Source: an uncultured bacterium (GTDB lineage: Bacteria; Zixibacteria; MSB-5A5; CAIYYT01). From it: DNA of 64,000 bases. Positions 29,800-39,008 of the stretch are shown one piece after another. A program made the translations under genes and the position numbers. Where the stretch lies: positions 992,001-1,056,000 of the forward strand of contig CAVSCK010000004.1 of the NCBI GenBank assembly GCA_963726455.1, written 5' to 3'. The stretch's first letter is position 1, and each line of letters starts with the position of its first letter. The notes under the pieces are model-generated. The model did no database searches. It saw only the letters and a list, made by a program, of their open reading frames with translations, and was not told the origin of the DNA.

Positions 29800-30380
29800 A
29801 CGAGCGCGCTCTCTCACCCCCGGCTTTCGCGATACGACCAGCGCGCTCCCTCACCCCCTGCCCCTCTCCCAAAGGGCGAGGGGAGGAAGTAGGAACCGAA
29901 GCGATTTTGACCCGCGTTTCTCACAAGAAGACAAACAAGGATGTTCATCCCACTGAGGTAGTTGTCGATGGTCGCGGCAGGCGAGGACGACTGCCGCGCA
30001 CGGGGGATTGACGCGCTCCCTCACCCATTAACCGTTCGGTCATTTGTCTGCTCGGTGGTATTCATGAGGATGGCGCGCTCCCTCACCCCTTGCTTTCGCG
30101 AACGACCAGCGCGCTCCCTCACCCCCGGCCCCTCTCCCAAAGGGCGAGGGGAGGAAGTCGGATAAACATTCCTGTTTGTCCCGTTCGGGCGCAAGATTCA
30201 ATTGAGGAGCAATGGACAAACAGGAATGTTCGTCCTACTGAGGTTGTTGTCGACAGTCGCGGCACAAGATGACCGGCGCGCTCCCTCACCCCCGGCCCCT
30301 CTCCCAAAGGGCGAGGGGAGGAAGTTGGGACCCAAGCCATATGATAGTCGCGGCAGGCGAGGACGACTGCCGCGCACGGG
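29800..30380. repeat. Mosaic REP-like cluster
   Basis: Same families as the other clusters. Confidence 0.9.
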
Positions 30381-30454
30381 GCGCGGGTTAAAGATAACAC
30401 GGCGGGCGTGTGCGGCGCCCGCCGGTTAGGGATTCAAACGATGCCTAGGTTAAC

Positions 30455-31111
30455 TCAGAACTGCGGGGCATCACCGTAAAAGAAATTCACTTTGTCAAGC
30501 GCGGCACGTAAGGCCAACTCGTCTTTGAGTTCCGCCTCAGGCGACCTCTTGCTCTTGTGCGGCTTCTCGATATCGGCTGCCTCTGCGGGAGTGCGCAGAG
30601 TGCTTTCGATCTTGGCTACGAAATCGGGCCAGGTGCGATGCACTTTGCTGGAGCCGTCATAAAGGAATTGCACGGTTTTGGCGGCCGATTTGGCAAGTAC
30701 CGACTGATCCATCTGTAAGTAGACAGAACGCGGCAACGGCAACAGAATTGCGACAAACAACACTGCACCGGCGATAATCCAACCACGAACAGCGCCGATC
30801 AACGCGCCGCCGTACTTATCTTTCTGGCCGAGGTTTTGCAGCGACACAAGTTTCTCTGCGATTCGTCCGGCCAATTTAAACAGGCCGTAGACGACACCGA
30901 GCACAATGATGTAGGCGATAATGGCGACCGCCAGCGGTGAGACGTCAATGGCGTTGGATACGCCGACTGCGACGAAATCAAGTTTACCGGTGGTAATCAC
31001 GAGCGCGGCACATAGGCCAAAGAAGGCCGCCAGTTCGCGGAGAAAGCCCTTTTTCGAACCGATTGCCAGGAACGTCACGACAAAAAGAAGCGCTATGGCA
31101 TTAAAGATCAT
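30455..31111 (-). CDS. cvpA: CvpA family membrane protein
   Basis: GSKKGFLRELAAF, DKYGGALIGAVRG; TM helices. Confidence 0.8.
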   Translation of the reverse strand: MIFNAIALLFVVTFLAIGSKKGFLRELAAFFGLCAALVITTGKLDFVAVGVSNAIDVSPLAVAIIAYIIVLGVVYGLFKLAGRIAEKLVSLQNLGQKDKYGGALIGAVRGWIIAGAVLFVAILLPLPRSVYLQMDQSVLAKSAAKTVQFLYDGSSKVHRTWPDFVAKIESTLRTPAEAADIEKPHKSKRSPEAELKDELALRAALDKVNFFYGDAPQF

Positions 31112-31122
31112 ACAACCCTCCG

Positions 31123-31244
31123 TGGGACATAAGCCGTTTCCCGCACCGCGGGAGGTTCTGCGCTTTAGTCCTCTCGGCCTGCCGCTCGAGAGAGCTCACT
31201 TTCCTTCTAAGCCGGTCCTGAAGTACGAGACCGGAACTTACCCA
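31123..31244 (-). ncRNA. Candidate structured cis-regulatory RNA in the cvpA leader
   Basis: Closing stem TGGG-TAAGTT/GGCTTA-CCCA enclosing hairpins CCGGTC/GACCGG, TCTCG/CGAGA and TCCCGC/GCGGGA; ends just before the RBS. Confidence 0.4.
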
Positions 31245-31375
31245 ATCTTTGCCGCCCACGCGAAAAGCATTCAAAAACAGCGAAGGCCGCATTTTGAGGA
31301 AAAGTAAGAAATGTTTAAAACATAGAGCAAGGGGAATTTGAATTGAGGAATTTGGGATAGTTTGGCGGGGATTTG

Positions 31376-31564
31376 GCGCCGTCAGGAATCCAGAGGTTGC
31401 CCCAAGAGTTCTGTTCGGTCAGTTTTCGGGAGGCGCCGGTTCACAATTTCGCGCTGAGGAATCAATTGTATCAATGGCTTGCGAAAGGACCGCGCGAAAT
31501 CAGGAACCGGCGCAACAGCGTTTATGCTACTTGTGGGACAACCTCTGGATTCCTGACGGCGCGG
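31376..31564. repeat. REPIN/MITE-like long imperfect palindrome
   Basis: Terminal inverted repeat GCGCCGTCAGGAATCCAGAGGTTG and inner inverted GCGCCGGTTC/GAACCGGCGC; short hairpin versions at ~23527, ~35646 and ~36896. Confidence 0.7.
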
Positions 31565-31848
31565 AGAACTCGGAACGGGGAACGCGGAGCGGAGAGAGCT
31601 AGCGCACTCTTCTGTGCGGCTACTGCGCAGCAGGTAATGAAGCCGAGTATATCTATGTCCATTTTTCGGGCAGCGCTTTAGTTTGGCGAAACTTTGCCGA
31701 TCAAATAGGTAGCACAGAAGTGCGCATAAGCGTAGCGGGGGCTCCAGGAATTGTTGTTTGCGGCACGCGGTGACGGCACGATTACTGTGTCGCGTGGTCG
31801 CGGGAAGCTCGATTTCTTGAACAATCGGGGGCGGAGGTGTCATTTCCG

Positions 31849-32247
31849 ATGTTGCCGAACGAAATCCACACAGATGGGGTTAGAATTGGGGGCGAGTCGC
31901 CTGAGGCGTTCGATTATTCAGGTGCGCTTGAGTTGGTCGAGGGGGACGGCGGCCTGCTGGCAGAGCTGGTGACCTTGTTCAAGGAAGAAAGCTCTGGAAT
32001 CATGGAGCAGTTGGCGGCTGCGGTAACGTCCGGAGATGCTGAAGGTCTTCGCAAAACTGCGCACCGGCTTAAGGGAGCATCCGCCAATGTCGGCGGCATG
32101 CAGATTCGGGCTTCGGCAGCGGCGCTGGAGGCAATGGGAGCGGCTCGAAATCTTAAGGGCGCGGCTGGAATAGTCGGGCAAATCGATCAGCAACTACAGA
32201 TGTTCAATCAGAAGACGGCATTCCTGTCAGAAGTTGGCGGGAAATGA
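31849..32247 (+). CDS. Hpt (histidine phosphotransfer) protein
   Basis: AHRLKGASANVGG. Confidence 0.9.
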   Translation: MLPNEIHTDGVRIGGESPEAFDYSGALELVEGDGGLLAELVTLFKEESSGIMEQLAAAVTSGDAEGLRKTAHRLKGASANVGGMQIRASAAALEAMGAARNLKGAAGIVGQIDQQLQMFNQKTAFLSEVGGK

Positions 32248-32975
32248 TGATAGTTGTGGTGGACGATGAATTAACCTCGCGTCGCTTGCTGGGGGGCACT
32301 CTCAGAAAGCATCACTATGAAGTCGTGGAATTAACCAACGGCAAAGAAGCGCTCGATTTCCTACAGGGACATGGTACAGTCGACCTGATTGTTTCTGATG
32401 TGATCATGCCGGAGGTGGACGGATTCGACATGCTGCGATTTCTCAAGGCGGACGAGAGATTCAAGAAGATTCCGGTGGTCTTGACGACTTCGCTCAATGA
32501 CAATGAGTCGGTTATGAAGGGTATCGAACTGGGCGCCGTCGGCTATGTGACCAAGCCGGTCGTGGGCGCAGTGCTGCTGGCCAAAGTTGAGAAGATACTT
32601 TCCCCTCAGCGATCCCGCGTCCTGGTGGTGGCAACCGAGCCGGCGATGCGAAATGCCATCATGCAGGTGGTGGAGCGTTGTGGCTTTGCAGTATTGGATG
32701 TCGGTAACGGCGAAGAAGCGGTGATGATATTGCGATCGCACAAGGTGTCGGCGGTCATATCCGATTCGACGTTGCCGGGAATGTCGGGAATTGACCTGCT
32801 GCGGTCGATCAAGAAAGACCATACCGGACTGCCGGTGCTGCTAATGACGGGCAACCATAGCCAATTCAGCGCACGCGAATTGTTACGCGCGGGCGCGGAC
32901 GATTATATCACCAAGCCGTTTCATAATGTCGAGATCATCAGAAAACTGAGTTCAGTGACAGGACAGACGCTGTAA
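32244..32975 (+). CDS. Response regulator with two receiver domains
   Basis: VVDD...DLIVSDVIMP...YVTKP and AVISDSTLPGMSG...DDYITKPF. Confidence 0.9.
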   Translation: MMIVVVDDELTSRRLLGGTLRKHHYEVVELTNGKEALDFLQGHGTVDLIVSDVIMPEVDGFDMLRFLKADERFKKIPVVLTTSLNDNESVMKGIELGAVGYVTKPVVGAVLLAKVEKILSPQRSRVLVVATEPAMRNAIMQVVERCGFAVLDVGNGEEAVMILRSHKVSAVISDSTLPGMSGIDLLRSIKKDHTGLPVLLMTGNHSQFSARELLRAGADDYITKPFHNVEIIRKLSSVTGQTL

Positions 32976-33399
32976 TCTTCCCTAGTCAAAGCTGAACCTG
33001 TTTTGACGTACTCTTGCCTCGGGTGGGAGACCGCGCCGAACTCTCAATAGCCGAAACATCACAGACAGCATCAGAATAAGATACCCGTTCCACGCCTCGC
33101 TGCCGGCGAAGCACGTTCATACAATCTATCTCCCCTGCGTTGCCGGTTGCCAGTGACGATTGGTCACGAATTACTTCCGTGGCATAAATTGATACAATAC
33201 AGAACTTTTCCGCTATGATGTTGAGCATAATAAGGGGCTTGACTTCTTCTGTCTTGACAGTGTCGAAGACTTCAGTTAGATTAGCTTTAGATTAACACAA
33301 AGCAGATTAAGAATTGAGAGCCGGGTGATGAAGTCGTATCCGCTTTCATGTTCAGGGGGAAAAGTCCGTCCTTTGACATTTATCACGCAGGAGTAACAT

Positions 33400-35607
33400 A
33401 TGAAGTACATTGGTAGAACCTGGGTTATCGTATGGGTTTTGATGGCCGTGTGGTCGTCATACTCATACGGCGCGATTCCGTTATCAGTAAACTATCAAGG
33501 GCGGCTTACCGATGCGGTGGGTGCGCCGGTTAACGACACGGTTGACCTGGCCTTCTTCATTTGCGCTGATTCTCTTTGCGCAACGCAGCTTTGGACGGAG
33601 TCGCACCGAGGCGTTATCGTCAATAACGGACTCTTCGACGTGTTGCTGGGTCGATACATTCCGATTCAGGCCGCCGTCTTTGATGGTTCGGTGCGCTTTC
33701 TATCTGTCTCGTTGGGCAGTGGATCGGTAACGACGCACCGACTTGCCCTCACCAGTGTCGGCTATGCATACAAAGCGTTGAACGCCGACACGGCCAATTA
33801 TGCCAAGAGTGGTGGCGGAGTGGACTGCGCCGACTGCAACGAAGTTTTTGTCAATGTCGCCGGACCGGATAGCGTTTACACTACCACCGGCACCGCGTTT
33901 CTGGGAAAGTCGGCGGGAAGCAGTGGCTCGGACATGGTCGGTGTAAAGGGCAACGCGTCCAATAGCTCTGGCTACGCCTATGGCGGACTGTTCACTACAT
34001 CAAATGCCGGGACGTCCTTGCACGTCGGAGTCAAGGGGGACGCACAAGGCGCTTCCGCCGGCGATGTTTACGGTGTGCAGGGCTGGGGCAACAATACTTC
34101 CACCGGCGGCGCTTATGGCGGATATTTCAACTCGACGACTAACGGTACGGGCGTTCATTACGGGCTTTACACGAAGGGCTGGGGCAACTCTTCCTCGGCC
34201 ACTTACGGACTGAGTGCCGAAGCTGCCAGCGCGGGATCCGGCCCAGTTTACGGCGCGGCAATAAGTGCCGCCACTGGCGGTACCGGCATACACTTCGGGG
34301 CTTACGTCACATCGGAGGCATCAACTTCCAACACGATATACAGTGTTTGGGGCGAGGCGAGCAATACATCCACCGGTCCCGCTTACGGGGGAAACTTTAG
34401 AGCCACCTCTTCGGGAACAGGAACCCATTATGCCATAAATGGAAATGCCTACAGTGCTTCCGCAAGCGATGCCTATGGATCCAAGGGTTATGCTTCCAGC
34501 ACTTCAAGCGGTGACGCCTACGGCGGCTACTTCTCAACCTCCGTTTTCGGAACCGGAGTTCATTATGCCATGAAAGCGGACGGTTACGGTGGATCCGCCA
34601 GCCCGGTTCACGGGGTTAACGGACGAGCAGAGAATACTTCGAATGGCACAGTGTATGCAGGTCTGTTTACGGCAGCTTCGACGGGGACGGGATCGCATTA
34701 CGGAAGCTACGCGCAAAGCGGAGCAGCGTCCGCGGCTAGTTCATATGGTGCGCTGGGTACGGCTTCCAATAGTTCGACGGGGGACGTGTTTGGCGTCTCT
34801 GGTACTGCGACCAGCACGTCATCGGGTGATACACACGGCGGATATTTTTCGACTTCGAACACCGGCACGGGGGCTCATTTCGGCGTGGTTGGGCGCGGCT
34901 ACAATGATGACGCCACCGACTGTATTGGTGTTTATGGCTACGCGGCCAATACTGGTACCGGAGGAGCATTAGCGGGCTATTTCGTTGCGGCAAATGAAGG
35001 AACCGGACGGATAATTGGCGTCTATGGTGAAGCGGCTCCCCGCCCGGGCTACTCCTGGGCCGGCTGGTTTCAGGGGAACCTTGGTGCGGACAATGACCTC
35101 TTTGTCAATGGAAGCAAGAGCGCAGCCGTTCAGACTGCCAAGGGGGAATACCGTGCTCTGTATAGTCAGGAATCGCCCGAGATCTGGTTTGAAGATTTCG
35201 GAGAAGGTCAGCTAATCAACGGAAGAATGCATATCGAGCTTGATCCTGTCTACCTGCAAACGGTAACGATAGATGCCAGGTATCCGATGAAAGTATTCGT
35301 GCAACTGGAGGGAGATTGCGGCGGCGTGTATGTTCAGAAGGGCACAACCGGTTTTGATGTGAACGAGCTTAAGGGCGGGAACAGTAATGTGCCATTCTCT
35401 TATCGAGTCGTAGCAAAGCGCAAGGGCTATGAGGACAAGAGATTGCCGATCCTGGAAGGTTATGCGCCCGACAAAATTCGAGCCAGCAGCGCGGCAATTC
35501 AGGCCAGGTCGGAGGCCAGCCGCGTGAAAATGGACGCGGACGCACAACGTGCGGCCACAGAAAATAAGGCGGCGATGGAGACGAAGGCGCCTCCGGCTGA
35601 AGAATAG
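33400..35607 (+). CDS. Secreted fibre-like protein with Gly/Ser-rich 15-aa repeats
   Basis: Signal peptide, VNYQGRLTD N-domain, ~25 YGxxG-type repeats, C-domain ESPEIWFEDFGEGQL...FSYRVVAKRKGYE. Confidence 0.8.
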   Translation: MKYIGRTWVIVWVLMAVWSSYSYGAIPLSVNYQGRLTDAVGAPVNDTVDLAFFICADSLCATQLWTESHRGVIVNNGLFDVLLGRYIPIQAAVFDGSVRFLSVSLGSGSVTTHRLALTSVGYAYKALNADTANYAKSGGGVDCADCNEVFVNVAGPDSVYTTTGTAFLGKSAGSSGSDMVGVKGNASNSSGYAYGGLFTTSNAGTSLHVGVKGDAQGASAGDVYGVQGWGNNTSTGGAYGGYFNSTTNGTGVHYGLYTKGWGNSSSATYGLSAEAASAGSGPVYGAAISAATGGTGIHFGAYVTSEASTSNTIYSVWGEASNTSTGPAYGGNFRATSSGTGTHYAINGNAYSASASDAYGSKGYASSTSSGDAYGGYFSTSVFGTGVHYAMKADGYGGSASPVHGVNGRAENTSNGTVYAGLFTAASTGTGSHYGSYAQSGAASAASSYGALGTASNSSTGDVFGVSGTATSTSSGDTHGGYFSTSNTGTGAHFGVVGRGYNDDATDCIGVYGYAANTGTGGALAGYFVAANEGTGRIIGVYGEAAPRPGYSWAGWFQGNLGADNDLFVNGSKSAAVQTAKGEYRALYSQESPEIWFEDFGEGQLINGRMHIELDPVYLQTVTIDARYPMKVFVQLEGDCGGVYVQKGTTGFDVNELKGGNSNVPFSYRVVAKRKGYEDKRLPILEGYAPDKIRASSAAIQARSEASRVKMDADAQRAATENKAAMETKAPPAEE

Positions 35608-35842
35608 CAGACACGCGATAAAACGATTCCCGCGTGGGATACGCCGCGCCGCCAGGAATGGATTCCTGACGGCGCGGTTGTTTGTGGGAGTCGACACATA
35701 GTGGTGTTCGATGAGCGCGGCACAGTACTTACTTCTCACAGGATCGATTGGGTTTGCGGCCGCGTAATGTGATTGCGATGAAAAGGCGGCAGACGTAATA
35801 TGTAAGAGTCACCGGCAATTTGACCAGGAAGGACAATGCAAA

Positions 35843-36322
35843 ATGACAGATGTGGAATTGCTGAGGCACACGGTTGCCACTCTCGCCTATCGCGCGGCCA
35901 AGACTATGCGAGGGGCGCCGGAATCATTTGCTTCGTTTATGCCCGGACCGAAATCGCAGACACCGCTGCAAATCGTGGCGCATATGGGCGACCTGTTTGA
36001 CTGGGCGCTGACAATGATCTCGGGAGAGCCGAAGTGGAATTCGTCGACACCAAAGGATTGGAAGTCGGAATGCGCGCGATTCTTTGCGGCGCTGAAGAAG
36101 TTCGATAATGCTCTGGCCTCGGGAGAGACATTACACTACGAATTGACGCGCATTTTTCAGGGGCCGATTGCTGATGCGCTGACGCACACCGGACAGTTGG
36201 CGATGTTGCGCCGCTTGTCGGGATCGCCGATGAAGGGAGAGAGCTACAATCGCGCTGAGATAGTGATCGGACGCGTGGAATTCGAACAGACGCCGCCGAA
36301 TCCGAAGTATGAGTTTGACTGA
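35843..36322 (+). CDS. DinB-like protein
   Basis: IVAHMGD...THTGQLAMLRR. Confidence 0.7.
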   Translation: MTDVELLRHTVATLAYRAAKTMRGAPESFASFMPGPKSQTPLQIVAHMGDLFDWALTMISGEPKWNSSTPKDWKSECARFFAALKKFDNALASGETLHYELTRIFQGPIADALTHTGQLAMLRRLSGSPMKGESYNRAEIVIGRVEFEQTPPNPKYEFD

Positions 36323-36741
36323 TGGCCCTCAGCGCATTTGATGACAAGTCACGGCCGCCGCAGGAAAAGGAGTTGGCGGCGATGTTGGGAGAGTCTTCCA
36401 CGCTTTGGAGCAATCTGCAGCAGTCGATCGTCGCGAAATTCTCCCCTGTCACCGTTGAGTGGGGATACGCGAGCAAGACCACCGGCTGGGGTCTGCGGCT
36501 CAAACATGAAAAGCGTGCGGTCGTGTATATGACCCCTTGCAAGGGTTATTTCCTGGCTTCCTTTGCACTGGGCGAAAAGGCAATCACGCAAATTCACGAG
36601 GCAGAACTTCCCGAAGCCATCCTTACAGTGATCGACAGCGCGCCGAAGTATGCCGAGGGCCGAGGCGTGCGGATTGAAGTGAGAACGGCGGCAGATGTTC
36701 GGAGTATTGAGAAGATTGCGGAAATCAAGATGAGGAGTTGA
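36322..36741 (+). CDS. DUF3788-like protein
   Basis: EWGYASKTTGWGLRLK...YAEGRGVRIEV. Confidence 0.65.
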   Translation: MALSAFDDKSRPPQEKELAAMLGESSTLWSNLQQSIVAKFSPVTVEWGYASKTTGWGLRLKHEKRAVVYMTPCKGYFLASFALGEKAITQIHEAELPEAILTVIDSAPKYAEGRGVRIEVRTAADVRSIEKIAEIKMRS

Positions 36742-36970
36742 GGGGACGGCGAGGGGGTCAGAACTTCGTCAATTATGATTCGCAGGAATACGGTGGGCGT
36801 GGAAACCAATCCCCTACGCGGGGATTCTCAGTGCCGGCGTGGGTGATGAAAAGATGAATCCACTCGTTGAAGAACGATGGCCAGTGTCCTCAATTCCGTC
36901 AGGAAGGGGTTCCTGACGGCGCGGTTACTGACCGGGCGATGACTGACGGCGCGGTTCCAAGATGCTAAAC

Positions 36971-36998
36971 AAAAACGGCGGAACGAGGGTTCCGCCGT
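36971..36998 (-). terminator. Rho-independent terminator of rpsU-yqeY
   Basis: CGGCGGAAC-CCTC-GTTCCGCCG followed by TTTTT on the minus strand. Confidence 0.8.
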
Positions 36999-37019
36999 GT
37001 CGTGATGTCAAACGAGATG

Positions 37020-37466
37020 CTAATTCGATAATTTCAGCGCGATCAGTTGGCGAATCTTGTTGCCATCCGCCTGCCCTTTGACTTTGGGCATGATCGCTTT
37101 CATAACTTTGCCAAGGTCGGCGGGCGTAGTTGCACCCGTTTCCAGGATCGTGGCACTGACGATCTCCGCGAGTTTGTCATCCGACAACTGTTGCGGCAGG
37201 TAGCCGGTGATGATTTCGAGCTCACCGGTTTCCTTGGTGACGAGATCGTCCCGTCCACCCTGCTGGAATTGCTGGATCGAATCACGCCGCCGCTTGGCGG
37301 CAGAAGCCAGCACACCGATCATATCTTCATCGGTGAGCGGCTCCTTTTTGTCGATCTCTTTGTACTTGATGTCCGACTTCAGCCCCCTAATAACTTCCGT
37401 CCTGAGTTTGTCCCCCTTCTTGAGGGAGACTATGAGGTCAGAATTTAGGGTATCAAGAAGAGACAT
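37020..37466 (-). CDS. yqeY: GatB/YqeY domain protein
   Basis: KRRRDSIQQF..GGRDDL...YLPQQLS...DLGKVM; follows rpsU. Confidence 0.9.
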   Translation of the reverse strand: MSLLDTLNSDLIVSLKKGDKLRTEVIRGLKSDIKYKEIDKKEPLTDEDMIGVLASAAKRRRDSIQQFQQGGRDDLVTKETGELEIITGYLPQQLSDDKLAEIVSATILETGATTPADLGKVMKAIMPKVKGQADGNKIRQLIALKLSN

Positions 37467-37467
37467 C

Positions 37468-37659
37468 TTAGTCTTCCCTACTGTAGCGGCGGGCTTTACG
37501 CTTGGCCGCATTCAGCTTGCGTTTCTTGCGTTCCGACGGTTTCTCGAAATGCTGGTGCTTTTTGATGTCGGACAGAATGCCGCTTTTCTCGCACAGCTTA
37601 TTGAAGCGTCTCAACGCTTTTTCGAAAGACTCGTCATCGCGAACTTTGACTCCTGTCAA
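37468..37659 (-). CDS. rpsU: 30S ribosomal protein S21
   Basis: ESFEKALRRFNK...HFEKPSERKKRK. Confidence 0.95.
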   Translation of the reverse strand: MTGVKVRDDESFEKALRRFNKLCEKSGILSDIKKHQHFEKPSERKKRKLNAAKRKARRYSRED

Positions 37660-37811
37660 GTATGGCTCGACCTCCTCTCAATGCCGGCAAAATTGTTAGC
37701 CCCGTACTCTTCCGGTACGAATATATCGACCGCTCAAAGTGGTGTCAACAGCATTCTCGAAAAAGAATTCTACCTAATTCACTGACAGACAACGGGAAAG
37801 GATTACGATAG

Positions 37812-37842
37812 AAAGAGGGCCGCCGATTTTGCGGCGACCCTC
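37812..37842 (-). terminator. Probable terminator
   Basis: GAGGGTCGCCGC...CGGCGGCCCTCTTT on the minus strand. Confidence 0.6.
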
Positions 37843-37880
37843 GTCAGCAGAATCGTCTGGGAAGCATCAAGCGCGTCGCT

Positions 37881-38732
37881 TTACGCACAGTGCGGCACCG
37901 GGCCCCCTGCGAAAATGTATTGTATCAAATAGACGGCATCGGAGATATCGACTGCGCCATCGCCATTGGCGTCTCCCTTGCCATTGGGAATGACACAGGT
38001 GGCCGGCGCAGCCCCGCCGGCAAATATATACTGAATCAAGAAGACGGCGTCGGAGATGTCGATGCCGCCGTCGCTGTTGGCATCGCCACAACTGGTACAT
38101 TGAGGGGCGCCATTGACGAAGATCGTGTCGAACATGACCGTCGGATGGAACTCACAATGGTACGGAAACGGCCCGAATCCATCGGATACGTGAAAGACCA
38201 CCTGGAAGAACTGCCCGATACTCGCCAATGTCGGAGAATTCCACGCTTTGGGTGAGCTCGGGTCGGAAGTTGTCGTGTGCGTTCCGCTGGCCCAGGACCA
38301 GACTACGGTGTCACCCTGGTTTATTGTGGTATGAGGCGGAGTAAAGGCGAAATCGCCGACCTTGATGAGGTGAATTGACGAGGGGTAATTCACGAAAATG
38401 GTATCCATCATGGCCAGCGGATGAACTGAGCAGTGATAAGGAAAAGGTCCCGGGCCATCGGCAAGGGTAAACACAACGTCGAAGAATTGGCCGGGCGAAG
38501 TCAGGAGCGGGGAATTCCAACTCTTGACGGAGCTGAGGTCGGAAGTGGAAGTGTGCTGAATACCACTGGAATATGCCCAGCGCACGGTGTCTCCGGGAGA
38601 GACGTGCGTTTTTGCGGGTGTAAAGAAGAAATTACCAACATTGACTACGTGAATTACGGCAGCAGCGGGGGTGGCCATTGCCAGCAGCAGTGCTGCAATG
38701 ATGCCGGCGAAGCGCATGCACCCTTGTCTCAT
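37881..38732 (-). CDS. Secreted protein with two cupredoxin (plastocyanin-like) domains and a dockerin-like domain
   Basis: ATG 38732 after AAGGAG; type-1 Cu ligands H...YHCSVHPLAM and H...YHCEFHPTVM; CGDANSDGGIDISDAV. Confidence 0.85.
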   Translation of the reverse strand: MRQGCMRFAGIIAALLLAMATPAAAVIHVVNVGNFFFTPAKTHVSPGDTVRWAYSSGIQHTSTSDLSSVKSWNSPLLTSPGQFFDVVFTLADGPGPFPYHCSVHPLAMMDTIFVNYPSSIHLIKVGDFAFTPPHTTINQGDTVVWSWASGTHTTTSDPSSPKAWNSPTLASIGQFFQVVFHVSDGFGPFPYHCEFHPTVMFDTIFVNGAPQCTSCGDANSDGGIDISDAVFLIQYIFAGGAAPATCVIPNGKGDANGDGAVDISDAVYLIQYIFAGGPVPHCA

Positions 38733-38955
38733 GTTTTCTCCTTCCGTGTGCAATCGGCTGTGGCGGGACGCGGCGCAAACGCCAATTCCATTGCCAGTTG
38801 GCACCTATCGTCGGCCGCCTGCAAGGTGTTGTTAGTTTCGCAACGCATCGCTCAGGCGGTGCCGTCGCGTCTGTCGGAATCGAGTTCCGGCAGTTTTTGA
38901 CAACTGATACAGAAACTGTTACGTCAGTTAGCTAGATTATCCACAATGAATTCTG

Positions 38956-38970
38956 AGAACTTACGTGCCA
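38956..38970 (-). promoter_or_regulatory. sigma54-like promoter upstream of the cupredoxin gene
   Basis: TGGCACGTAAGTTCT (imperfect -12). Confidence 0.35.
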
Positions 38971-39008
38971 ATTCCGAAGAAAGTCTGTGGACGAGTGGTG
39001 CAGGCCGG

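Noticed and set aside
21645-30380. CRISPR array
   Set aside because: Repeats are GC-rich palindromes of several families at irregular spacing with no unique spacers and no cas genes.
31123-31244. Minimal RNase P RNA or glmS ribozyme
   Set aside because: GGAAAGT and CGGCTTA, and AAAGCGC, are present, but the P4 pairing, length and glmS core are not satisfied.
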